DNA of 63,986 nucleotides, the filler included, from Gonapodya sp. JEL0774 (taxonomy: Eukaryota), in the NCBI GenBank assembly GCA_027604505.1. It is 9 parts of 9 records of this genome, joined end to end, with 100 filler letters (N's around TTAATTAATTAA, not from the genome) between each part and the next. Parts side by side here need not be neighbours in the genome. Positions count along the whole stretch, not along the records: positions 43,789 to 50,948 come from JADIIX010000527.1; positions 51,049 to 58,208 come from JADIIX010000528.1; positions 58,309 to 63,986 come from JADIIX010000682.1; 6 more parts are not named here. One strand, given 5' to 3'. The notes beneath the pieces are model-generated. The model was not told the origin of the DNA. It saw only the letters and a program-made list of their open reading frames with translations, and did no database searches. Each line of letters begins with the position of its first letter. The first letter of the stretch is position 1. The position numbers and the translations under genes were made by a program. Positions 48,997 through 62,721 of this stretch are shown piece after piece.

Positions 48997-50948
48997 TCAA
49001 ACTCGTTTCCACACCTTCCACCCGGCCTTCTCAAACCGTAACCACCCCACAAAAACAAGGCTTGCAATCCAAAAACTCCCACATGCCATTATTGCTGCAA
49101 AATAGTTCCGCTCTGTCACTTCGCGCGGGGTGCCGTCCGCAGTGTCCGTGACAATTCTGATGATTGGGTCCCCGTCCAGTATAGCCCCCATGATTATCGG
49201 TCCCATGGCGATTCCGGGGGCAAATCCACCGAAAATCATCCCCAGAACTGATGCGAGCTGGTCGTAGCCGAAGAGCTCGGGGAAGAGGAGGGGATTGATG
49301 ACCACGAACCCACCGGCGAACATTCCTACTCACGTGATGAACTGTGGATGAGTTGGTCAGGCAAGCACGAAAAAACGCACTGAGACAAACCGTAAAGAAA
49401 GCTGTACACCAAGAGAACGGGCATGTTTGTGGCGTTGACCCACACGCACCAGCACAGAAGCCCCGGGACAAGCTGCAGAACCACGTACTTGGGACAGAGT
49501 CAATGTTCTCAATGGATATTTTCTCGGTAAAGGTTCAATTGACTGAGTCATGGTACTCACCAAGTTCAAGTACCCAACTTTTCTCGCCACAAGGCCCCAT
49601 GCAATCCGACCCGTGCTTTGACCAATGGCGTTGACGGACAGAGTAATGCTGGCAATAGAAGTCGAGGCACCCAGCTTATCGATGGCTGCGATTATAAAGT
49701 CGTAATGGTTAATAGTGTGGGATCAAAGTCGCACGGAGGTCGGCATCTCTCTTCGTTTTGGCAAATACGCACCGTAGCTGTTCAAGAAGAAACTTGGTGC
49801 GAAGAACCCGAAACTGTGGAAAAACGTCAACACCCGTTGTCAATGTACATAAGTAAACGAAAATCAATCGCGTGCTAGGAAGCTTACCAGGAAATGAACG
49901 TAGTGAAGAACAAGCGCGTGAATGTGAGATTCCGAAATACACTGAAATCCAGCAGTCTTCCTTTTGGTTTTGAAGGAAATCTCGTCCTCAGCAGCATTGC
50001 ACTACTGCACACGGTGACACCTGACAAGATAGCCAGAAATCGCAGAGCCCACCGAAAAGATGTCGTGTCGATTATTGCCTGTAAAACAGGTGCCAAGCAC
50101 ACTCCACCGACACCCGTTCCGGCAGCCACAAATCCTGTGATGATTCCACGCCGACGGAGAAACCACTGAGGGATGATGCTCATGGCGGGGAAATAAGACA
50201 TAGACCAGCCGATCGGGACGAGGAGTGATTGCGTGAGGAACAAGTGCCACAAACTCGTTGAAAACGAGGCGAGGAGGTAGCCAAAAAACTGGAGTAGTCC
50301 ACCAAGAAAGGCAATCCGTCGGTAGCCATACTAATCAGTGCCGGATCTGCGTAAGTGATCTGATTCTGAACGGAGAAATATTTGCTTCGTGTTGTTTCCG
50401 GGGACTCACTTTATCTGCTAGCCGTCCACTGATTGGGCCCATCCCAGGAAGTAACGCAACGCCAATACCTCCAATAATTGCAATGGTGAGATTTGTCGCG
50501 CCTGGGAATTCATTACTGGAGGCATAGTGTCTCTGAGGTTTGGGGAATAAATGATCCAATATTGACATTGATCGGTAAGCAGAAACTGGTGATTTTGGCG
50601 GAGGTAAAATATGCTAAATATCATGTGGACATACTTGAAAGACTCCATATGCTGAAACGCAATCAGTGACGAAACGCGTGGAGTGACAGTATGCAATCAT
50701 GAATATTTAGGAAGAAAGTTCAAAGATGAGAGCCCAATACTCACATATCTGCTCGCCAGTAGCGACCACGGTGATGAAAAGGCTTGATGCAACGATTACC
50801 CACCCCTAGGACAAGCTGGCATATATCATTCTCGATCGAAAGTGCCAACACATCCACCCAAACCATACCCACATAGCCTCCCTCGGGGTAGTCCACTGGA
50901 GTCGCAGGAGCGACCGCTTCTTCTACAATGGTTCCGGTATTGACTTCT
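48997..50948 (-). CDS. MFS monocarboxylate transporter family protein (Mch-like), 5'-partial
   Basis: DYPEGG..GW, GPISGRLADK, IIPQWFLRRRGIITGFVAAGTGVGG, RWALR and PELFG..LASVLG; multi-exon. Confidence 0.92.
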
Positions 50949-51048
50949 NNNNNNNNNNNNNNNNNNNNNNNNNNNNNNNNNNNNNNNNNNNNTTAATTAA
51001 TTAANNNNNNNNNNNNNNNNNNNNNNNNNNNNNNNNNNNNNNNNNNNN
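50949..51048. other. Artificial contig spacer
   Basis: 44 N + TTAATTAATTAA + 44 N. Confidence 0.99.
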
Positions 51049-52645
51049 CAACGTCAACTGTCAATGTTGCAACAGGTATATGTCCTCTGTAGCCAATCGA
51101 TGCTGTCTTCCCTCGATTCCGCAAGTAAAGAAAGTGCGGTGGGAGCTTTCGGTGGTGCAGTTGCCATTCAGTGGATCCTGAAGGACGGATTCGGGGAGCT
51201 GGGCAAGCTGGCGTTTATTCAAGTTGGTATCACACGAACTGCCGCTTCAAGTTTTCATGACAAAGTTGAGCACTCCGTTTAATGAAAGCGGTTCAGCGGC
51301 TCCTTTGATTCGCATCCCAAGACCTGGAAACTCTTTGGAGAGTGTATGTCGCTCCTCGGATCGACTCTCTCGCTCTCCACCAGTACGTCTTTGGGGTTTT
51401 CCGTACCGTGTTTGCCTCCCTTTTTTGCGAAATCAAGTCTTTTCGCAGTGCTCGTCCCTGCGGAGTACTTCCTGCCTGTCGCGAGTCTCGGCTACGCCTT
51501 CCGTTCCATCCACTACGCCCTCTGGAGCGCCTCACACACAACGTTCGCCCGAAACTTCTCCCTCAGCGGAAATGTGGGTGACGTGGTGGCCAAGGACGAC
51601 GCTCAAATGACCGTCGCCAACTTGGTGGGGTTATTCACTGGCACGGCAGTCCTCGGGGCGGTGGAGGGCACACCGTCGGCACTGTTCTTGTACGGATGCT
51701 TTAGCGTGTTGGGACTGGCACATTTTGGAGCTACTGTGGCGTTGGTTCAGGGTATTGGGTTTGAGGTACTCGTTCACACTTGGACGTGTTGAGGACGCGG
51801 GACTCACTTTCATCATACACTTATCCCAGACCCTGAACCAACCCAAACTCCAACTCCTCGCCACGCACTACATTATGTCCAACTCAACAGAACTCCCCGA
51901 CGCCAAACGCCTCTCTCTCTCCACCGCGGCCCGTCGCACGTCTGTTCTCAATCCCAAATCTCTGAAACCCCACGAAGGGTTTCTGGGTGAATGGCATCCC
52001 TCGCGAAGTACTCTTTCCCACGCGGACATTCCAAATGACACGGCGGCCTCTTCCACTGCCACGATGCGGATTCGCCTGGGTGTGTCCGTTGGTGAAGCGT
52101 TTGATGGACACTGGGATGTGAGGCAGGGCACGCAGTTTTTGGAGAGGACGGTGCGGATAATGAAGGTGAATCGGGGGTGCGGTCGAGGACATAGTGATTT
52201 GCCCTCGCCCTCTCCACTCACCCCACTTCATGCGTCCCACCAAATTAAAATACAAGGAACAAATGTACCTCCTTAACGTCTCCATACCATGTTCGGAGAG
52301 ATCCTCCGATGCAATGACGTGCTATGTTGTATTCAAGGAGGGCTCTCAAATGAAGGAGGTTGTTCAAGTGAGCGTTGTGCTGTGCTAATTGCGAAGCACC
52401 AAGCACGGGAGTATCTGTCCCACCCTCCATCCCTCTAGTCCGTCCTACACGCTACGTACCTTCTCCACCGGCTCGCTCTTCTCTCCGGATCCCCCCTCAA
52501 CTCTTCTAAAGTAACGGACGTGCTCACCACGTCGCTCGAGTGGCACGCTGTCCACGGGGACTTGTTCATCGCAGCGCTCGTCAAGGCAGGGTGGGATGTG
52601 GAGAATGTGAACTGGAGTGACGATGGGATTCGAGCGAAGTGGTAG
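51049..52645 (+). CDS. RUS1/DUF647 family protein, 5'-partial
   Basis: AIQWILKDGFGELGK, FDSHPKTWKL, FARNFSLSGNVGDVVAKDDAQMTVANLVG, TLNQPKL, IRLGVS and FIAALVKAGWD. Confidence 0.93.
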
Positions 52646-52741
52646 CATATTCGCTTCATTGTTCAGTACGATACCTCTAGTAAATATGTACAATGTATAC
52701 ATCAACTTTTCTACTGGCACCGGAGAAACTCATGGTTCCTC

Positions 52742-53982
52742 CTATATCCCTTGTCGAATCTTTCCCAACATCTTCTGTACCATGTTCCCCAACACTGGTT
52801 GCCCACGCTTTGTCTTCCTCATCACAAAGTTCCGATCTTGCTTACGGCGGTGATAGGCGGCTTCGCGAGCGGCTTCCCGTTCGATACGGGCGAGACGGGC
52901 GGCCTGAGGAGGATTGAGGATGATTTGGTTCCGGAAGGCAGTCGAGCTGGGGCTCATCGTGTTGTGTTCCTCACCTCTATCCCGGCTTCTTTATCTTTCC
53001 GACGTTGCTCGGCGAGGGCAGCGGCGTGTTGGAAAGGTGAGATTTTAGGGGGTTTTGGGGATTTCTTTTGAGGTTGCGCAGCGGTACTTCGCGAGGGGAG
53101 TGAGCTCGAAGTTGGGGTTGTGGTATCAGAGCCCTTTGAATAGCGACCTTTCATTTTCGGTTTCACATATGGATGGGCGGGTGGAGTGTTTGTAGTAAGT
53201 GCCGTTTTCGAGAGAGATGCGATTTTCCCTTCAACGGGGGATCGACTGAGGGGTCCTTGCTTCGCACGGGCAACGGGTCCGGGGAATACAGTGTCCATCA
53301 CCTCCTCCTCGCTATCCCCACTCTCGTCGGTGTCGGCCTCGCTTTCTTCCTCACTATCCTCTGCACCTCTCTTCCTCTTCACGCCTTTGCCTCCCTTCAT
53401 CCGCCCAACATGATGCGGCATCCCGCTGTCACTCTCTTCCGTAGCACTATCTGGATCTCCCTCTTCAGCCTCAATACCCCGCAGTACATGGGCAAGCTGC
53501 GGATCTCGAAGTGTTGTGTCTTCGGGTGGACCGTGGTCCAGTTCTGTATCTGAGTCTGGGGGTGCTGAGGAGCTATGGGCAGAGGGAAACCGAGACCAGC
53601 GGGGATCATCAGACAGAATCAGAGGTTTTGCTTTCTTCGAGATGGTTTTTATGGTCATTGGTCGTGTATTTCGAGCCAACGGACACTGTGAGATTCCCGA
53701 AAAGTGCACAATTCCAACAGCCGCTCACCTGGCCGTCGCCATCACCCACTGCAGTCTTGAAATACTTCTTCCTTGTTTTTGTTCTCTGGTTCTTCTCCCG
53801 TCGCGCCGTCAGCATCTTGGCTACCGTCGCAGGGCGATCAAGCTAAACTTCACTTCTTCGAACTGTGCTCAGCCGTAAAGCTCGAAATCGGACGAACCTT
53901 TGATGTACGCATTCTTCGACGCGGCGGGATGGATACCGTGGGAAGGACGAGGGCGAGAGCCGGCGTTGTGCTTTGGCGGCAT
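52742..53982 (-). CDS. rRNA-processing protein, Fyv7/CCDC59-like
   Basis: Highly charged protein with KKYFK near the N-terminus and C-terminal RKTKRGQPVLGNMVQKMLGKI; introns present. Confidence 0.75.
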
Positions 53983-54085
53983 TCGTTTTGATTTGGAATG
54001 CTTTCTGGAGTGGCTCGGGTCAAAAGAAGTAATCATACAATTTTTACTCTTCACTCCCGCCATTTTCCTGTTCCCGACAGCAGAC

Positions 54086-55423
54086 ATGGAAAACTTGCCC
54101 GACGAGATCCTGCATCGCATCTTGGTTCTACACGCGGGTAGGAGGGCATTCTTTACTCTCATCCCGCTTGTTTGCCGTCGCTTTTGGGCGATTCAATCTG
54201 ATATATTGAAAGGTGCATGGATGGTTCACAAAGCGCCCTGACGTGCGGTCGGTACTGACCGGACTGCTTCCCTTCTTTCAGCCACCACCATCAATGTCAC
54301 CGTTGGTATCGAGGACGACGCGTCTGACTGTAACGTGGAATTCGACAACTTAGAAAAGGTCTCAAAGATATCAAACCCTTTGGAAACAGACGGCACGACG
54401 ACAACCATCTCTGTTATACGGGAGGCCATCCTCCGCAATGGACATAAAGGAACGCCTTGGTGCTCCCATTCAATATATTTCCGTTGGCCTGATCCCACCT
54501 TGGTGCTGTATCAGTTCGCCTTTGATGGAATTTCAAGCCACAAAGTCGCCGAAACGATAAAAGACGCGCTACGGCATGTGCTACCGTTTGGGAGGACAAG
54601 GTTCCCTCAGCTTAGGGTGCCGTTCACAATGCCTATAAACCGGGTCCTCGAATTGGCGATCTGCCTTGAAGTGACCACCTTATACTTCCTTGGGTGGAAT
54701 TATAGAAAGGACCCGTCTGACCAGTACACTCAAGAGTGAACGCAAGAGGTGAAACGTTGTTGATGGCTTCCTGAGTGAACAACTTGTCGAGGCTTTTAAT
54801 CCCTGTCTCAGCTCATGAAAGCGCTTCCTGCGACTGAATTCTGGTTTGAGAACCCACGGGAACCACTATCAGCAATCGTGCGCTTTCCTTATGCAAAGGA
54901 AATAATTTTTCCAAATATGCAAGATGATAACACCTGGGAATACAGTCTGCGCTTTCATTCAAGGACAGGGAGGAGCACTGGGCAGCACAGAAACTTGGAA
55001 ACCTTTCATATGGGATTTCTCCCACTCATCCACCCTGAAATGTTTGATAGTCTTACTGCGGCAATCAAGCGAGGGGCATTTCCAGCACTTCGTACGCTTA
55101 AACTTGGCTTCAAAGCCCAATTTCGCGGGAGGCCCGCACGACGTGGGACAGAGTACATCAGCGACGCCTACACTCCATCGGAGCTTGCCTTCATGGAGTT
55201 TGTAAAAGCATGCCCCTCTGTTTCGGTGATTGTTTACGCCCAGAATGACTGGCAAAAGCGCGAGACTTACACCAAGTGCCAGGAAAGGCTCGTTGGGATG
55301 AGTGGGTTATCATGTCTGCCCCCGAACCTGCAAATCAAAAAGCCAGTCAGCGAATATCCTGGTCAATTAGGGATCGCCTTGGAGTGCCCTTTGGGTGGTG
55401 GTTTCTGCATTAGGAGGACGTGA
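54086..55423 (+). CDS. F-box domain protein
   Basis: MENLPDEILHRIL..IPLVCRRFW, two probable introns, and an LRR-like C-terminus (FPALRTLKL). Confidence 0.8.
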
Positions 55424-56047
55424 TGGTGGCCAAATATTTGTGTGTTCATGCACTTGGCCTTTTATCATATGAAGAGTGACGTTTTCGAAAACTCGAGTGC
55501 TTAAAATATCCAGTCATCCTCCCACTCCGGCCGGTCAGTTGGACCTTGCTTGGATGATAATTTCCCGTGCATTTTTCAAATTTTCTATTTAATTTCAATA
55601 TGACTGCCAGCATCTCGAGTTGTCTGCGGATCCGGTTATTGGCGAGTATTCTAGCAAGGAGTTACATCGAGCTTGAAAGCGCAATCCATGAATTAGAACT
55701 ATCGGGTCCTTTTCGCAATCAGCCGACCTCCGCGTGTCGATCTCAAGTTCTTGATTAGCTCTGGCTTTCTTGTGCTCTGTTCCCACTACTCGGCTTGTGA
55801 TTGGTGTCGAGTGATGGAGTCCCCAATTTCATCGCAACATCAACACGGTCATGATCGGCCACGTAAGCCCACTAGCGGGCACATTCGACGTATCTGTTCG
55901 ACATCTGTCTGACACGGCCCGCCGAGCCGATGCCTCTTAGGGTCTTTGTATGTGGGGTGAGGGTGCAGCTGGCCATGGAGTGACAGCCCCTCCAAAACGG
56001 CCGGGGTTGCAGACTATTACTACCATATACTGAAAGGAAAGATTGCG

Positions 56048-58208
56048 ATGACAGACAGTAAGGAAAAGGTGGAACTTGTAGGTTGCGATTCCGCTAGCCC
56101 TGTCGCAAGTTTGGGAGGTGCCAGAGCACCAGTGACCTGTGCTCTGACACGGCGATTATGATCGTTCGAACACATCACACAGGACGAAGGAGCTCCCATC
56201 CAGCAAAGCTGGACAGATGAAGAGGTAAGCAGTTGGCGTAGCGAACTGAATGCGACGGGAACGGGGATGATTGGTTGTCGACCTGGATTTACGCGTCCTC
56301 GTTGACTGTCCTGCATTTCGAACTCCCCAGGAACGAGGGGCCATCCGGAAGATCGATTACCACATTGTTCCATGGCTGGGGATTTGCTACATGGCCTTGA
56401 ATGTACGTCGGTTTCTTGATCGGGGCGGGACACAGAATGGTCATAACCGGAAGCAAATTCCCTGATGTGCTCTTCATACCTAATACGGGGAACGACAAAA
56501 CAATCACCTCAATGAACGTCAGTTTGACCGAAATAACATCAGCTTTGGTGAGTGTTCGCCATTGTAATCCACGATGTCTCGAACTCCTGAGCTCGTTCGG
56601 TCTGGGAAACCAGCCGCCATCACAAACGCCGAAACGCCCGATCACACGCTTTCAAATCAGTTGGGATTGGTGGGATCACAGTTTAACTGGGCCGTCTCAG
56701 TTTTCTTCTGTGAGCTTCGAGTCCCGTCACGGTCGTTTACCGCGAGGTGCTCCAGCAATTCAAAACCTCTATGTTTCAGTCGGATATATCCTCTGCGAGA
56801 TTCCCAGTGTGAGTTGCAACCTTTGTGCTCTGTGATTAGTGACAGCGAAATTACGATATGTGATTAAGCCCGCGATGTTCCCACATAGAACTTCATGGTC
56901 ACCAAGTACAATCCTTCCTTATGGATTGGACGCATAATGATCTCATGGGGGATTGCTGCGGTAGGTTACATTACGATACAAAAATTATATGAAGTGCCAT
57001 AACCCTCGCCCACCGACAGGCATGTATGGCGAGCGTTCAAAACTTTGCGGGTCTCATGGTGGTCCGCACACTTCTTGGAGCCATGGAGGGCGGCTACGCA
57101 CCTGGAACGTGAGTTTGCAAATTCTGACTTCAACTCGATGCACACTCTGATCCCGCATTGAATACTCCTCAGCGCGCTCTACATGGCGTTTTGGTACAAG
57201 GTAGGCTACGAGTTGTTGTGATTCCACGATCGCGCAACTGACGAGCGGATCTATGCTTCTCGTAGAAATATGAATGTAGGTGTTTTTCGACCCTCTTGTA
57301 TGGTTTTACGGTTCAGAAAACCTGAATGGATCTGTCGCGTCTCTCTGTAATCGACCAATGATATTCGTATCACTCCAACGAAACAGTGAGTGCTCGTTGG
57401 GGCGCAATGTACGCCATTTCTTCCGCAGGATCCGCTTTCGGCGGGCTTATCGCTTATGGTGTGACGTACATGTGAGTCGTTGCCTCAGCTCACACACCAG
57501 CGAATTCTCCTTCGAATGTATGCAGATCGCGAGACTTTTTCTAATATCTTTATTTTCAGGGACGGCCTCGCCGGTATATCAGGGTGGCGATGGCGAGTTG
57601 CTACATGTTTCTAACACTTTGCGGTACTGATGTTCACTATTCAACGCCATCCTGCAATGTTGTCAGGCTGTTCCTCATTGTGAGTGTGATTGAAACACGA
57701 TGCTCCGACACGGTCGAATTCTGATGTTTTCTCGATTGCATCGGTCATTAGGAAGGTCTTTATACCGTCCTACTAGGAATTTTGACCCTTGTTATACTAC
57801 CGGCAAGTTCATTCTTTGTCGTTTCTTGTCTCCGGTCCACAATAGTGAATGTATGTTGCTGCGTATGTTTTGATACAGGACTACCCTCAAACGTGCAAGT
57901 TCCTGACCCCCCGGGAGAAAGAAATCATCGTTGGTCGACTACCACCCACTGGTCCGTCCTTGCTTGCGAAACACTTCGAAGCTGCTGAGGTTATAGACGG
58001 CCTGAAGGACTGGCGGCTGTACGCTCTCGGTGGAGCGATGCTCCTCATGCTTACACCTGTGTATGCTCTCTCGACTTTCCAGCCCACGGTAGGTGATGAT
58101 CGGGCCGTTGCCCTGAATGACGATGGACTTTCTCATATCCCACTGTTCGTTTTGCAGGTTATCAAGCTTATGGGCTTTGTTTCGACAAAAGCACAGCTCC
58201 TGTCCATA
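56048..58208 (+). CDS. MFS transporter, allantoate permease/ACS family (Dal5/Tna1-like), 3'-partial
   Basis: RKIDYHIVPWL, YILCEIP, WIGRIMISWG, RTLLGAMEGG, GLAGISGWRW, DYPQTCKFLTPREK; many short introns. Confidence 0.93.
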
Positions 58209-58308
58209 NNNNNNNNNNNNNNNNNNNNNNNNNNNNNNNNNNNNNNNNNNNNTTAATTAATTAANNNNNNNNNNNNNNNNNNNNNNNNNNNNNNNNNNNN
58301 NNNNNNNN
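58209..58308. other. Artificial contig spacer
   Basis: 44 N + TTAATTAATTAA + 44 N. Confidence 0.99.
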
Positions 58309-58663
58309 GGCCTGTTGACTCATCATGATTACGAAACACACCCCATTTTACCACGGCTCCCAAATGTCCCATAGACCAAGTCTGCGCCATATACAAATAA
58401 TTATGGCATTATGTCCAACACCATAGGAACTTCATAAAGCATCTACGATTCGATTCGATCCGATTTTTGACCCCTCGATCGATTTCGAAGCAATTTTTAG
58501 GCTCTTGGTCGATCAAAAATCGCAGAATCAGTGCCGTCGGTCGATTGTCAATTCGATTTTTGACTCAGTCGGTCGATTTCGATTCGATTGAGGGGATACC
58601 AAAATTTTCTCGATTCGATTCGATTTCGATTCGATTATTTTTACAAAACGCAGTATTTTGTGT

Positions 58664-61427
58664 CTAGATCAACCCAGCTTTGTACCAGCTCTGAAGGCAG
58701 AGCAGTGCATTCACAGTTTCACCCTTCAAGCTGCCCCGTTTCTCATTAACAATCAGTGAAGCAGCAGAAAAAAGGCGTTCAACTGGGGCACTTGTTGCCG
58801 GTACAGAGAGATAATCCCTTGCCATCCTTGCCAGATTGGGGAATTGGCTTGTCCCCACAGCATTTGGCTTCTCCAAGAACTGCCTCCAGAATGCTTCTGG
58901 TGGTAGATCAACAGGGGGGGCATCCAAGTACTGCTGGAGCTCGTCCTTCTCAATGACACGCTTCCTCTTAAGATGGGCAAACATGTGAGCCTCAAGATCT
59001 TCGTCATCATCAACAGACATGTCTCCATCCGGAGAGCCACTTTTTGAGGAAGAGGTTGGTTCCTGAGGACTGGGCTTGTACCAGAGTTCCCAGCAAGACT
59101 TGACCCTGTCACGGAGCTCTTTGATCAGGTCCTCCTCCCACGTTTGCTCTTCAGCATAAGCGAGTTTCAGTCTGTTGTTCAGAACTATGTCCAGTGGAAC
59201 AATTGAGATCATGTCATTAACAGTGCATAAAGTCAACATGAGACTGCAAATTTGGACTTGCCAGTACAGATTCCCCATGCATCAGTCTCATCTGTACGTC
59301 CATAGTACTTGTAGAGTGGACCCAGGGCACCCACAGCCAGATTATGAAGTAGTAGATCAGTGGAACTTGGCAGGGTGACAGATCTCTGAGTAGAGTGGCC
59401 TGATCTAATAGTGGGAGTGCTAGATGCCTTGTTGAGCATTGTAGATGACCTCCCCCGTAGTTTGGTCATTCCATGAGGTGCAGATGTGACATCAGATGCC
59501 ATTGCTGGTGATTCAAGAAGGGCCTCCACAGCATCGTCATCAAGCCGACGGGATTCCACTTGGTTGATTGTGTGATTAAAGGTGGGCACAAGGCTGTAGG
59601 CACGTAAATCATCACCGATGAGAGGCCGACCATCCTCATAGATCTGTAAAGTGCATACTTGAGATCACATTGTACTGTGCAATCATAGGAGAAAACAAAA
59701 TGTACCTTCAAAAATTGTGAAATTTGCACCAACTCTTCCCATTCGGGGTGGGTTAGAGCGAGATGTGCAATCTCTGGGATACGTGAGACAACAACATTTA
59801 CTGCATCCTTCATAGTGAGAAGATTGTTGATGAGATGATAAAGTGCCCACCACCGTGTAGGGGAATCCAGGTTTGGTGATTGGTAGGAAATGTCAAGTTG
59901 TTCGCAAGCTTTCTTAAGCTCATTGCGCCGCTGAACTGAAGTGCCAAGGGCATAGGTGAGTTTACGGGCTTTGATGACAACATTTGGTGCTGCTGATCGG
60001 AGTTCACGAGCCCACAATGTGTCGAGGGGAACAGTGTCAGGGCCTTTGTCCTCCACTTCATTTCCAAGGTAAGCATTTTTGCCACGTATGACGTTTATGG
60101 CTGCCTGAGCAGATAAATGGAACGAATGCTGGGCACATCGGAGGCGATTGTTTGGATGCTGGAAGCGGAGGTTTGATGTGGCTGTGTTATCGTCATCATT
60201 GAGGACAGTGGCAAGATGTGCAACCAGGGTGTCGTTGTTAGTTGCATTGTCACTTGTGGTGTACCCAACCTTGCAAAATGAGAGAGCTGTGATCAGATAT
60301 TGGGATCACATGATTAAAAGTACACAATACTTACATTACGGTGAAACCCATAAAAGTCAATCTCTTCCATGATGAACGTGGCAAGATTTACACCAGTATG
60401 GGCACCAACAATCTCCTTGCAACAAAGCACAACCTGCACAGGCTTAAGATCCATGTCGCAGTAGTGTGCAATGAGTCCAAGAAAAGCGAAGTTGTTGGCT
60501 GACGTCCACGTGTCAAAGGTGAGGTGAACAAGAGTGTTTGCATCCTATGCCATGCAAGATAGCAGGTGTTATCATTACACCTACCCAACAACTGAAGATG
60601 CTCTGTTCACCTTAAGCAGTGGGGATATCTTTTCTGTGCGTGCTCTCTCATAAGCCTGCATTATCTGGGTGCGGATCCACTCAGCTCCATACAAAGTAAC
60701 GTCTGGTTTCAAGAACCGAAGCAGCCTCCGAAAGACCATGGATTCCATCTTGGCGAATGCAATATTTTCTGTCGCAAAGAACTCAACAAGAAGGTTCTTG
60801 AAGGCTTCATGGGAGTATTTCTACAAACAATCACATCAGTTTCATCAATGCTCAACAGTCCCACTTCAACTGGCCCAAGTGACAACAAATGCAACTTAAT
60901 CTCAACTCACTGGTACTTGAGACGCTCCACCTGCCACATTTGAGACGAATTGAGAGAGCATCTGCTGAACAGGGCCTGTGTTTTTGGTCTGGGACAGGCG
61001 CATGGTGGCAAGCCATTCCTCAGGGATCACTGCCGAGTGAGCTCTGACAAGATGCTCGTTCAGATTGGTGGTGGAAGCCTTGATGGAGGTGCGAAGTGCA
61101 CTGGATTGTAGTGATAATTATGCCGTTATTGAGGATCTCCTTTGGGCTCGGTGGCTGAATATAAATCTGAACGGGAGTTGGAGCAGCTCACCTGCAGATA
61201 ACGCATTTCATCCGGTTTTGCTCATCAGTAGACACGAAATATCGCCAGCAGTTTGAAGTTTTTCCTGCTGGAAGTGGGTGTCCGCGATCGAGATTCGTGG
61301 CATTGGTGGTTGCTGATGCTGATGAGCTGCTCGACATGGAATCAGAACCCGCTCTAAAAGCATCTGTCCGGGTAGAGTCTGCTTCATCGACATCAATTGC
61401 ACCGTCAGGAGTTTCCTCTGCAAGCAT
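58664..61427 (-). CDS. hAT transposase with BED zinc finger and C-terminal dimerization domain, intron-containing
   Basis: SNCWRYF..MKCVIC (BED), FDTWTS, TTSDNATNN, RCAQH, DSPTRW and FPNLARMARDYLSVPATSAPVERLFS. Confidence 0.95.
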
Positions 61428-61507
61428 TATGTGGATTATCGGATGTGTGTTTGTGAAGCCACATCAATATATGGATCGGGTTTCGAAATTTTCAAACTCC
61501 TTGAACT

Positions 61508-62721
61508 TGTAACTGAACGAACAAAATACAATAGTAGAACTTAAATTGTCATCAGTGACAAGCTCAACTTTTGACCCCACATCCCCAAAATCATTCTGTG
61601 AAGTCCTGGGCAGACGAGGTGTATGACCCAGAACCTGATCCTATCCAGAGGCTGGCCACCACCCAACCATTGCGGCACAACCAACAGTCACCGGACAGCG
61701 AGAAAACTTGCCTCCTCGCACTGCTGGAGGTGAGTAACAAGTGGTAGGCCAAGATGTCGGCCGAGCATTTGGAACTCCGCCTCCAAATCATCTGCCTCAC
61801 ACGTGAGCTGGCTTCGGAACGCACAGCAATGCATGTGGGAATTGACATCGGGAATGGGCGTGGGGCTGGAGCACACCGCGTCCCAGGAGCTGAGAAATTT
61901 GGTGGGGGGGGGGGGAGCGACATCAGTACAACGTCAGCTCACGAGGCCACCAGACCACGCCCACATCACCATTGGCTTTAGGGCGTGCGGCGGGGAGCTG
62001 TGAGGGTCGAGGCGAGCAAGTGAGGGGGCAGGATGGTGACACCAAGGCATCCGCAGGTACAAACCGAAATGGGGAGTTTCGGTTTGCTCCATTGCCAGTC
62101 GATAACAGCGCATATCCACACCCTACTACTAGGGATGGAGTTGTGATGCGTAGGACGCCATTTACTTCGTGTTTGGGGTGATAGGCGCTCCATCCAGTAC
62201 GGGATACCTGCTACACGCCTAATTCTAGCCCACCTTGAGTGCCCATAGGCTTTTCAACTCACCCCCTAATCCTGGATGATGATTCGACATCGACTCCTGC
62301 TCCAGAGAACTAGGTTCCGTTGGAATCGCGGAGTGAGGTGTGGAAGAGGAGGAAACGAATGGAAAGTCGAGACGATGGGCAAACAAGGGCCCCGGATTTG
62401 GTATCTGCGAACAAAAAATTGGGGAAAAACGATGGGAAAGAGGGGAAAACTCGACAGGATAAGGGGAAGTTGGGCACTTACGTGAGTACAGTGACAAGGG
62501 GGGATGGTCACCGAAACACCGCGAAACAAACGAGATCCATCCTTTGAGGGTCGCTGAGCATTTTTAAATCCGCCCCGCGCTACGGACCTTCGTCTGCGTG
62601 TTTGTATGAACTCGGAACCTAGTGCCACATGATTCACAGCAGAAGCAGTACACAATGGAACTAGCGTCCTCCAGATCTAAATTTAAAAAACAAACTCGAA
62701 TCAAAATACAAAGGTACTACA
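61508..62721. mobile_element. Probable nested insertion of about 1.2 kb inside the hAT
   Basis: The core is homologous to 17660-18490. Candidate ends are TGTA...TACA flanked by TGAACT direct repeats (61502-61507 and 62722-62727). Boundaries are tentative. Confidence 0.5.

Noticed and set aside
7227..58308. TTAATTAATTAA recurring about every 7.3 kb, like a periodic element or recombination site
   Set aside because: It is always centred in an identical 100-nt N block and the contigs decrease in size, so it is an artificial six-frame-stop linker. ORFs ending in X..LIN and any cross-contig gene clustering are artefacts.
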